64,000 bases of DNA from the sequence record MZ443769.1. The stretch is one strand, 5' to 3'. The first letter of the stretch is position 1. Each line of letters starts with the position of its first letter. The position numbers and the translations under genes were made by a program. Shown piece after piece: positions 9,983 to 17,185 of the stretch. The notes under the pieces were generated by a model. It saw only the letters and a program-made list of their open reading frames with translations, ran no database searches and was not told where the DNA came from.

Positions 9983-10498
9983 ATGACGGTTAACGATAAA
10001 CAACTACAGGAATGGTTGAGTGCGGCGCAAGTCGCATTCACTATGGGAAGTCGTCACACAGATAAAGGTCTTGCGCTTATCCTTGCTATCCACAAGGACG
10101 TGTCAACCAATAAGCCAGATCAGGTTGCTGACTTCCTTGATGACCTTGCTTCTGAAATGCGTATGTACGATTTGATTCGTCGTCGCTTCAAACCCGAGCT
10201 GTACACTGACTTTGCTGTCGGTGTTGATGTTCAGATCTATATTGCATACATGGCTCACTCGCCAGGCGAAGCTGTTATGGCTATGACGTATCTGCACCTG
10301 AATAAGTGCAAGAACATTAAAGATATGGTCAAACGCCTGCTGCCGAACGGCTACCCTGCTGATGACGCGATGGGCCTGTTGTGGAATCTCCAGAAAATTC
10401 AGAAAGAGCGCGGTTCACTCGACCCTGACAATATGGTAGACTATCCTAATACTGTAAATAGTCTGTACAACAGCATTCACAATTCGGGAGCGAAGTAA
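9983..10498 (+). CDS. hypothetical protein
   Basis: GAGG RBS, coupled stop/start. Confidence 0.7.
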   Translation: MTVNDKQLQEWLSAAQVAFTMGSRHTDKGLALILAIHKDVSTNKPDQVADFLDDLASEMRMYDLIRRRFKPELYTDFAVGVDVQIYIAYMAHSPGEAVMAMTYLHLNKCKNIKDMVKRLLPNGYPADDAMGLLWNLQKIQKERGSLDPDNMVDYPNTVNSLYNSIHNSGAK

Positions 10499-11082
10499 TG
10501 GACTTATCTGCGATTGGTTTCGCATCGAAGCAGTTCCGAGTTATTCCTGTGGAGAAGGGTAACTTAGTGACTGACTTCATTCAAGGCAAGTTTCAAGTCA
10601 TTGGTGTTGAGTGTAATACTCGTGGTGCATACGGCTCTCCAATTCAACAGAGCTTATCGCGCCGTTTCCCTGAGATGGCTAAGAAGATCGCAGACATTGA
10701 TTATAACCAAGTTATGATCGGTAAGACAGTGATGCTTCCAGTTCAGACCCAGCATCGTCGTCGTTTGTTCGTAGCGAACATGTTTATTGCACGGGGATTT
10801 GGGTTAGGTCAGAACGATGATGTTAAGACAGGTCCTGTCAATCGTTTCTCCGAACGCCATTTGATTCAAGCGCTTGAAAACTTACTGGAACAATGCGAGA
10901 AGATGAACATCGCACCAGACAAGCAGATTGCGGTTCAGCGTGTGTATGGCGGATTAGGTGGGGTTCCTTGGTCAGAAGTGTGTCCAGTGTTGGATAGTGT
11001 TTGTGAAAAGCACAAGTTCAATCTTCTCGCATACTTGCCGAAGAACTATGATACTAACTTTGTGCGGGGTTCTGCGCGATAA
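10498..11082 (+). CDS. macrodomain protein (Poa1p/TARG1-like), divergent
   Basis: CNTRGAYGSPIQQSLSRRFPEM and IAVQRVYGGLGGVPWSEV resemble the macro motifs NxxGxMGxGIA and IGCGLGGLxW. Confidence 0.7.
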   Translation: MDLSAIGFASKQFRVIPVEKGNLVTDFIQGKFQVIGVECNTRGAYGSPIQQSLSRRFPEMAKKIADIDYNQVMIGKTVMLPVQTQHRRRLFVANMFIARGFGLGQNDDVKTGPVNRFSERHLIQALENLLEQCEKMNIAPDKQIAVQRVYGGLGGVPWSEVCPVLDSVCEKHKFNLLAYLPKNYDTNFVRGSAR

Positions 11083-11094
11083 CTTTGGGGTGTA

Positions 11095-11430
11095 TTGATG
11101 AACACAATACGCGGATTCGATTGGTTGTTCTACGGAGACGGTACCGATAGCGGCCAAAATTCAATAACGAGTGTCGTGTGTGAACCACATGCGAAATCAA
11201 TGCAGATCGAGATCGTGCGTGGTTGCGCTCGACCTGTAATTCAAGCGATACAAGAAAACGATATCTTGTATGTTCAGATCCCAGAGGGTCTTTATCGACT
11301 GCGTTACGCCTGCTCTTTCCGCAAGCTTGATTCAGCAGTTTTCCCACAAGAGTTAACGTCAATCAAGTTGAAGCTGGTTGAACTAGATTTCTTAGCGGGC
11401 GTCACAACTCACGATAAGACTCTGGGGTAA
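11095..11430 (+). CDS. hypothetical protein
   Basis: Fills gap, same strand. Confidence 0.6.
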   Translation: MMNTIRGFDWLFYGDGTDSGQNSITSVVCEPHAKSMQIEIVRGCARPVIQAIQENDILYVQIPEGLYRLRYACSFRKLDSAVFPQELTSIKLKLVELDFLAGVTTHDKTLG

Positions 11431-11436
11431 CTCAAA

Positions 11437-12189
11437 ATGATTACAGTAAAGAACATTGAGCGCCGTTTAAAAACTATAGATTATACCAAGCCGAACCCTC
11501 CACAGGAACTGCTTGAGTCCCTTGTAAAAGATGGTCGTTCCCGAATCTTGAAGTCAGCGCAAGAAGATTGCCTGTGTAGTCTTTCTAATCGCTACTTTGA
11601 GTTCTGTCTTTCGCAAGTCGGTTCGTTCTGTACTGCACCTTATAATGCAGTTGAGATAGCGTTGCGCATTGGTGTGCAGCCTATCTATGTAGCCGCTGCG
11701 ATTTATATTTATGGCTTGGACTGGCAGCAAAAGTTCTTAGGCCTTAAACGATTCGACCGCCTTGACCGCGGTGAATACACAGTGTGGAAATCTTCTGATG
11801 CTTGGTTTAACCTTGCTGAATGCAAACACCGTGTAGAATCCGTTACTAATGCGCTGTCTGGTCCGCAGTTTGTCTTGCGTCAAGCTGTGCGTCGCGGTGA
11901 TATGATTGCTATCTTGAAGATCGCTGAAACGAATCCGCATCGCATGATGTCCATTCTGCCTCAGCGTCGTGGTCTGCTATACGATGACCCTCGCATGTCT
12001 CTTGCTAAAAAGAAACGTGAGCAAGAAGCCGCAGCGTCAATTGCAAAAGGCATCTCTACGAATAAGCCTGTCGGTCGCAGTGAGTACGGCGATATCGACT
12101 ATCAGTTTAATGGCGCGTTGCATAAAGCTGAAATGGGTCGCACAAGCGTTAGCGGTATTGAGTGGTCTGAAAAGAAACCTTTATTCTAA
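11437..12189 (+). CDS. hypothetical protein
   Basis: 250-aa ORF in operon. Confidence 0.7.
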   Translation: MITVKNIERRLKTIDYTKPNPPQELLESLVKDGRSRILKSAQEDCLCSLSNRYFEFCLSQVGSFCTAPYNAVEIALRIGVQPIYVAAAIYIYGLDWQQKFLGLKRFDRLDRGEYTVWKSSDAWFNLAECKHRVESVTNALSGPQFVLRQAVRRGDMIAILKIAETNPHRMMSILPQRRGLLYDDPRMSLAKKKREQEAAASIAKGISTNKPVGRSEYGDIDYQFNGALHKAEMGRTSVSGIEWSEKKPLF

Positions 12190-12200
12190 CGGAGCAGTAA

Positions 12201-12590
12201 ATGGATCGTAATAAATTGAAGTTGTTGATGGACAGTCTCAACGGTAACTTCTCCGATATTGATGCAGACCTGATGGACACAACTGTAGGCAATCTCACTC
12301 GTTCTGAAAAGAACATTGTGTTCCTCGTTAGCGCAGAGTACATCACTCAGCATATAGTGAATCTCGGTCGTGCTGTCGAGAAGGCTAACGCTTCTTGGTT
12401 CGAGCCTATCGAAAAACTCGAAACGTTGAAAGAAGGTTTGTTCGGTCACGTTAACGGTGTTCCTGTGTATAGCAACTGGATGCACATTACGCCAGACGAA
12501 TCTGTTAATCATAAGCGACCACTGCTTGGCGTTTACTTCACAGACAAGAACATGATCAAAAGACTTCCCTTAGAAGCTTTTTGTGATTAA
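12201..12590 (+). CDS. hypothetical protein with a capsid-P-domain-like segment
   Basis: GGAG RBS; GLFGHVNGVPVYSN. Confidence 0.65.
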   Translation: MDRNKLKLLMDSLNGNFSDIDADLMDTTVGNLTRSEKNIVFLVSAEYITQHIVNLGRAVEKANASWFEPIEKLETLKEGLFGHVNGVPVYSNWMHITPDESVNHKRPLLGVYFTDKNMIKRLPLEAFCD

Positions 12591-12640
12591 AATCTGCGAA
12601 CGGTAATTTTGTTCAGTCAAAACAAATAACGGAACATCAC

Positions 12641-13411
12641 ATGAGCAATGTAGATAAAACAATGCCTCAAGGTAAGTGGGAATTCAACGAGCCTGTTGCT
12701 GCTGTGTTTGATAACATGCTGGCCAACTCGATTCCTTCTTATGACCGTATGCGTGACCTGACGTTTCGTCTGGGTAAACGTTTCGTGACACCTGGCTCAG
12801 CGATTGTTGATCTCGGTGCATCACTCGGTCGTGCTATCGAACCATTCTGTGAACACTTCGGTCCGTACATGTATCATCATGCAGCAGACCGTCCTGAACC
12901 AGATTCTGAAACAGGCAATCTCTATTCGCTGTATGAGACTGCTCCTGCAATGCGTGAGCGTCTCGCACAGAACGCAGTGTTGAACGCAGCCGAAGCGAAA
13001 CTCGAATCAGAATCGCTTGTGGACGTTGATACGTTCCGTTTCAGTGAGCAAGTCGAATGCTCTTTGATTCTCAGCGTGTTAACTTTGCAGTTCACTCCGA
13101 TTGAACACCGTCAGCACATTCTGGAAAAGGTCTATGACTCTTTGCAGTCTGGTGGTGCATTCATTCTCGTTGAGAAAGTTCTCGGGGATGATAATTATCT
13201 GGACAAGCTGCTGGTAGATACCTACTACAGCATGAAAGGTGATAACGGTTATTCACAAGAAAGCATTGCGACTAAGCGCAAGTCACTCGAAGGTGTTCTC
13301 GTTCCAGTGAAAGCCGCGTGGAATGAAGAACTGCTCCGTAAAGCGGGCTTCAATCGCGTCGAATGTTTCTATCGCGATCTCAACTTTGCAGGTTGGATTG
13401 CTGTTAAATAA
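12641..13411 (+). CDS. cmoA: carboxy-S-adenosyl-L-methionine synthase (CmoA family)
   Basis: WEFNEPVAAVFDNMLANSIPSY, VDLGASLG, LTLQF, GGAFILVEK, NGYSQESIATKRKSLE and LLRKAGF...FYRDLNF align along the full length with CmoA. Confidence 0.9.
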   Translation: MSNVDKTMPQGKWEFNEPVAAVFDNMLANSIPSYDRMRDLTFRLGKRFVTPGSAIVDLGASLGRAIEPFCEHFGPYMYHHAADRPEPDSETGNLYSLYETAPAMRERLAQNAVLNAAEAKLESESLVDVDTFRFSEQVECSLILSVLTLQFTPIEHRQHILEKVYDSLQSGGAFILVEKVLGDDNYLDKLLVDTYYSMKGDNGYSQESIATKRKSLEGVLVPVKAAWNEELLRKAGFNRVECFYRDLNFAGWIAVK

Positions 13412-13436
13412 ATCTGTAAACAGTAGAGGTTAGAGC

Positions 13437-14309
13437 ATGAGTTCTACAGCGGTCATACGCGAGAAAGTTCGCTCGGCATTATTTGCGAGTCATAACAAGC
13501 CTGTCGATATGCGACAAGCGTTGATGGACACTTTGAGTTGGATTCCGAAAGAAGACCAAGTTACTGTGTTCATGTCGGGTGGCATTGATAGTCATGCTTG
13601 CTTGTTTGCTTGCATCGACCTCGGCCTCAAAGTTAACGTGCTGTCGTTCACACTCGACTCACACGAAAGCTCTGACTTCAAGGCAGCGAGACACGCAGCC
13701 GAAGTTTTCGACCTTGACTTCACGCCGATCGTTCTTCCAACGAACGAAGCCCATCTGAAAAGCTGGGTACGTTTCGCAGTACACAAGCTCGGGCTCACGA
13801 ACAAAAGTGAGATCGAATGTTCTTGGCCGCTGTACACCGCAATCCGTCATCTCGAAGGAAAGACCAAACATATCGTACTCGGTCTTGGCGGCGACTCGTA
13901 CTTCTTAATGGCAAAGAGCGCTTCGATGCACTGCAAAGACTTAGTGTTAGAGCAACGTCGAAAAGCTACGCGCCGTGTGCTGTCTCAGAACGTTCTCGTT
14001 AAGCGTGAAGCTTTTGCTCGTGGTATCTACGCGCATCTTCCGTACTTCGAGTTCGGCCGCACTTACGCAGAGCTGCAAATGGAAACCGACTTTAAAAAGA
14101 TCAACAGTCCGCAGAAGTCGTTTTACAATCAGGCATTCCCTGAGTATCGCAAGCGCTGTAAAGTACGCGGTCACCAAAACTTCCAGCTGGGAGACACTAA
14201 CATTAGCGGCATCTTTAGCGATGTGTTGTTGAAGTCCGACTGGAACACAAGAAACTTGAAAGCAATCGTTGGCGTATACAATGACGTTGCATCAGGAATC
14301 TGTAAATAG
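13437..14309 (+). CDS. asparagine-synthetase-like ATP-dependent amide ligase lacking the glutaminase domain
   Basis: PP-loop FMSGGIDS, SDFKAARHAA, IVLGLGGDSYF; 290 aa with no N-terminal Ntn domain. Confidence 0.82.
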   Translation: MSSTAVIREKVRSALFASHNKPVDMRQALMDTLSWIPKEDQVTVFMSGGIDSHACLFACIDLGLKVNVLSFTLDSHESSDFKAARHAAEVFDLDFTPIVLPTNEAHLKSWVRFAVHKLGLTNKSEIECSWPLYTAIRHLEGKTKHIVLGLGGDSYFLMAKSASMHCKDLVLEQRRKATRRVLSQNVLVKREAFARGIYAHLPYFEFGRTYAELQMETDFKKINSPQKSFYNQAFPEYRKRCKVRGHQNFQLGDTNISGIFSDVLLKSDWNTRNLKAIVGVYNDVASGICK

Positions 14310-14316
14310 TAATTTG
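14299..14316 (+). promoter_or_regulatory. overlapping motif I (TCTGTAAATA) and motif II (TAGTAATTTG) upstream of the DPA peptide
   Basis: Both recurring motifs overlap about 60-77 nt before ATG 14376. Confidence 0.6.
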
Positions 14317-14375
14317 AGTAAGCACTGATAATCAGTCTGCTCTTAACATAAACCCAAATCCTTAAGGAGCGCATC

Positions 14376-14525
14376 ATGCGTCATACCGACCCAGCAGTAC
14401 GTTTTAACGATCCAGCCATCACTGACCCAGCAGCCCGTTTCGATCCGGCCGACCCTGCTGATCCAGCAATCGGTTTCGATCCGGCTGACCCAGCAGATCC
14501 TGCTGACCCGGCTGCTCGCTTCTAA
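14376..14525 (+). CDS. 49-aa Asp-Pro-Ala repeat peptide (absent from ORF track)
   Basis: AAGGAG RBS at 14364; MRHTDPAVRFNDPAITDPAARFDPADPADPAIGFDPADPADPADPAARF; synonymous codons vary between repeats; terminator follows. Confidence 0.85.
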   Translation: MRHTDPAVRFNDPAITDPAARFDPADPADPAIGFDPADPADPADPAARF

Positions 14526-14541
14526 TAGCGAAACTTAATAC

Positions 14542-14571
14542 AAGGGGGCTGCTCATTGCAGTCCCTTTTTA
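14542..14571 (+). terminator. intrinsic terminator after the DPA peptide
   Basis: GGGGCTGC-TCATT-GCAGTCCC then TTTTT. Confidence 0.8.
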
Positions 14572-14593
14572 CTTTCCTGTTGAGGAACGTGCT

Positions 14594-15232
14594 ATGTCTT
14601 TTGAGCTTGTAAACATTCTGCCGATACTGTCGCAATCAACTACAGTTCATCGTGCAGCCGACGGCACTGATGTTCACATCGTCCGAAACTTCTTCACACA
14701 TACGGAATGCGAAGCACTAATCGCTGAGGGCATTCAGTATCTCGAACCGAGCCGTGTTGGTGGACCGAACGATACAACTAAGATCGATAAAACAGTTCGC
14801 TCGTCCTCTACTGCGATGTTAAGCGAAGTATCTCAACACCCTGCTGTACTCGAAGCTATTCGTCGCATTGATGACGCATACGGTTACCCACATCTGTTCA
14901 GCAACCCGCTGCAACTCAATCGCTATCAAGTCGGTGAAGAGTTCGTAGCGCATCACGACTGGCATGACCCTGTTCGCCAGCATGATCGTATTCAACGTGA
15001 AGGCCAACGCACTTGGACCTTCTTGATGTACCTCAACGATGACTTCGAAGGAGGTCAGACTGAATTCCCGTTGATGGATCTCACAGTAACTCCTGAGCGC
15101 GGTATGCTTGTTCTGTGGAACAACTTGCTTGTTGACGGTTCAGTCAATGAGACAACGCTACACGCATCGAAGCCTGTAACGTCAGGTACGAAGTTCATGA
15201 TGACCAAGTGGTTTAAGAACAAAGTGCTGTGA
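14594..15232 (+). CDS. 2OG-Fe(II) oxygenase, prolyl-4-hydroxylase family
   Basis: FFTHTECEALI, VRSSSTAML, LQLNRYQVGEEFVAHHD (HxD), TFLMYLND..EGGQTEFP, TLHASKPVTSGTKFMMTKW. Confidence 0.9.
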   Translation: MSFELVNILPILSQSTTVHRAADGTDVHIVRNFFTHTECEALIAEGIQYLEPSRVGGPNDTTKIDKTVRSSSTAMLSEVSQHPAVLEAIRRIDDAYGYPHLFSNPLQLNRYQVGEEFVAHHDWHDPVRQHDRIQREGQRTWTFLMYLNDDFEGGQTEFPLMDLTVTPERGMLVLWNNLLVDGSVNETTLHASKPVTSGTKFMMTKWFKNKVL

Positions 15233-15238
15233 TAATCT

Positions 15239-15258
15239 TGGGTAGCTAAGGCTGCCCA
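15239..15258 (+). terminator. hairpin, GGGTRGC/GCTGCCC family
   Basis: TGGGTAGC-TAAG-GCTGCCCA. Confidence 0.6.
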
Positions 15259-15283
15259 TTGTCGTATCTAAGGTTCAGGAAAG

Positions 15284-15293
15284 TCTGTAAATA
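15284..15293 (+). promoter_or_regulatory. motif I putative phage promoter
   Basis: TCTGTAAATA intergenic, 40 nt before ATG. Confidence 0.6.
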
Positions 15294-15323
15294 CAGAACA
15301 AGATTCCTCTGAGGATAACTCAA

Positions 15324-15932
15324 ATGATAGTTCGTATTATTGACGGAGATATTGGTGCGACGTATGTTGCCGAGCAACTGCAAGCTGCTGGCATTGAGTG
15401 TACAGTTCATTCACCAAACAATCCCCGTGCTCGTGCGCGTTACGCACCTTATCCTTCTATGTCTATTAGTCTTGACCAACTTCTTATCGAGCGTCACATC
15501 GGTGATGTACTCGGTACGTATCGCGGTATCTTCCTGATTAGTAGCTATGCAGGTTCTTTGATTGCAAACAGCATGATTGACCTTTGTGGTCAGTCCAACA
15601 ATATCATTACGTGTGATAAACTCGACTGCGGTAATGTGCCTGTTGCAGCCACCAAGCTTTCTGTAAATATCTACAAGAAGCAACGCCAGCTGGCTCGCAT
15701 CGCTCGTCGTGTTCCGCACTATGAGTCCGACCATGAGTTTATCATTGCGGACAATACTGTTCAGGCTCTCTCATATCCAGAGCTAGTACAGAAAGAAGAT
15801 ATCGAACTTAACAACAAGCCGAAGTTTCTTTCTAGTCCTTCGCTGATCGTTGCTGCAAAGCGTCTGGGTATCAAAAGCAACACGTACCATAACTATGCCG
15901 GCCTTGTGAAAGAGTTTCTCGCCGCGCGGTAA
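15324..15932 (+). CDS. hypothetical protein with degenerate Rossmann-like N-terminus
   Basis: MIVRIIDGDIGATYVAEQLQAAGIECTV has beta-alpha-beta pattern; GAGGA RBS. Confidence 0.6.
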   Translation: MIVRIIDGDIGATYVAEQLQAAGIECTVHSPNNPRARARYAPYPSMSISLDQLLIERHIGDVLGTYRGIFLISSYAGSLIANSMIDLCGQSNNIITCDKLDCGNVPVAATKLSVNIYKKQRQLARIARRVPHYESDHEFIIADNTVQALSYPELVQKEDIELNNKPKFLSSPSLIVAAKRLGIKSNTYHNYAGLVKEFLAAR

Positions 15933-15942
15933 TGAGGATAAG

Positions 15943-16206
15943 ATGATTAATCGCTTCCAAATGAAAAAGACTCCGACACTTGATGCTTGTCAGTGGAACG
16001 GAGAGAACGTTGAAGAGATGGACGAGTTTCTCAACGGTAACGGCTACGTTGTTGGTCGTTATGTGCAACTCGGTGTTCTTGATGATCACGGAGTACCGAC
16101 TATCGCTAACGTGTCTGTAGGTAACTATGCAGTGCGTCACGAAGACGGTACGGTTGAAGCAATGACAGCGACCGAACTGTTTGACAAATATGTATTGGCT
16201 GACTGA
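15943..16206 (+). CDS. conserved small phage protein
   Basis: KKTPTLDACQWNGEN...GNYAV...F.KY pattern common in phage ORFs. Confidence 0.7.
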   Translation: MINRFQMKKTPTLDACQWNGENVEEMDEFLNGNGYVVGRYVQLGVLDDHGVPTIANVSVGNYAVRHEDGTVEAMTATELFDKYVLAD

Positions 16207-16211
16207 GGTAC

Positions 16212-16670
16212 ATGATGAACCTGTTTTCTATTCTGAAACAGCAAGTGAAGAAATCGCTGACGACAGAAGCAGCGCTCGAACCAGAAGTACGCGCACTGTT
16301 TGACTGGCGTTACTCTGTAGACGTCAAAGGTCAGATGTACATCATCGGTAAAACTGGCGCGAACACCTGCTTCTATATCGAACCGGGAACAGTTGAGCCT
16401 ACCGCATGTTATCCCGATGCGTTGCTGGCAAAAATTGACGAGTGGGGAACAGCGAAATACGTTTCCTACTCCGTGTTCTTCAAGCACTTCGATAGTCCTG
16501 TTGCAGAGAATATCAAGACGCTTGAGAAAGCACAGACGGGTAAGCCGAAGAAGTTTAAGAAGGGTTACTTCATCTGTGGTCTGACGCCGAAAGGCAAACG
16601 TGTGAAGTTGTTCAGACTGCAACAAGGTCTGAGCGGTATGCAATGGGTTGCAGTGGAGCCTAAGAAATAA
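16212..16670 (+). CDS. hypothetical protein
   Basis: GAGG RBS. Confidence 0.7.
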   Translation: MMNLFSILKQQVKKSLTTEAALEPEVRALFDWRYSVDVKGQMYIIGKTGANTCFYIEPGTVEPTACYPDALLAKIDEWGTAKYVSYSVFFKHFDSPVAENIKTLEKAQTGKPKKFKKGYFICGLTPKGKRVKLFRLQQGLSGMQWVAVEPKK

Positions 16671-16684
16671 TGTAGGAGAGTACG

Positions 16685-17183
16685 ATGAAACAACAACTGC
16701 TTGATCGTGGCTTCGACCACGAACGATATCATTGCTGGTTAAGTGAGACACAGATGACTGTGCCTCTATTCGGATTTGATCGTCAACTTCATGGCGTTCA
16801 AGTCTACACACCAGACGCACCGAAACAAACGTCGAATCCGAAAGATGCTCGTTACTTCACGCGCACGTTCGGTGGCAAGCAGTTGGTGTGGGGAACAGAA
16901 ATTGAACCTATACGGGTCGACCGTATTCTTAACTGAGTCCGTGTTCAAGGCATGTGCTGTTCATCGTCTTGGACTCAACGCTTGGTCTGTATTAGGTTCT
17001 AATGTCAACGATGCTCTGTACCTTCAACTGCAACTGCTTGGCCTGAGATTTGTCTGTCTCGGTGATGCTGATAAAGCGGGTGAAGAGTTCAGTCAAACGT
17101 TTGGTCTTGGTGCAGTATCAAAAGACCTTGACGAAATGACTGACGCAGAGCTACTGGATTTAACTCGTCCTTTCTTGAGGTAA
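16685..17183 (+). pseudogene. TOPRIM-domain (primase-like) gene split by a +1 frameshift near 16898-16901
   Basis: Frame of 16685 gives VPLFGFDRQLHGVQVYTP..RYFT..VWGTE; frame of 16776 continues VFLTESVFKA..LGS..CLGDADKAG..KDLDE. Confidence 0.75.
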
Positions 17184-17185
17184 CT

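Noticed and set aside
14385-14520. DPA region as a DNA tandem repeat, CRISPR array or iteron
   Set aside because: Units are 9 nt, vary at third codon positions and lie in an ORF with RBS; no spacers or cas genes.
14594-15232. Oxygenase as TET/JBP or AlkB
   Set aside because: The motif set (VRSS, LQLNRY, YLND.EGG.T.FP, terminal K..TKW) is P4H-like, not TET/JBP or AlkB.
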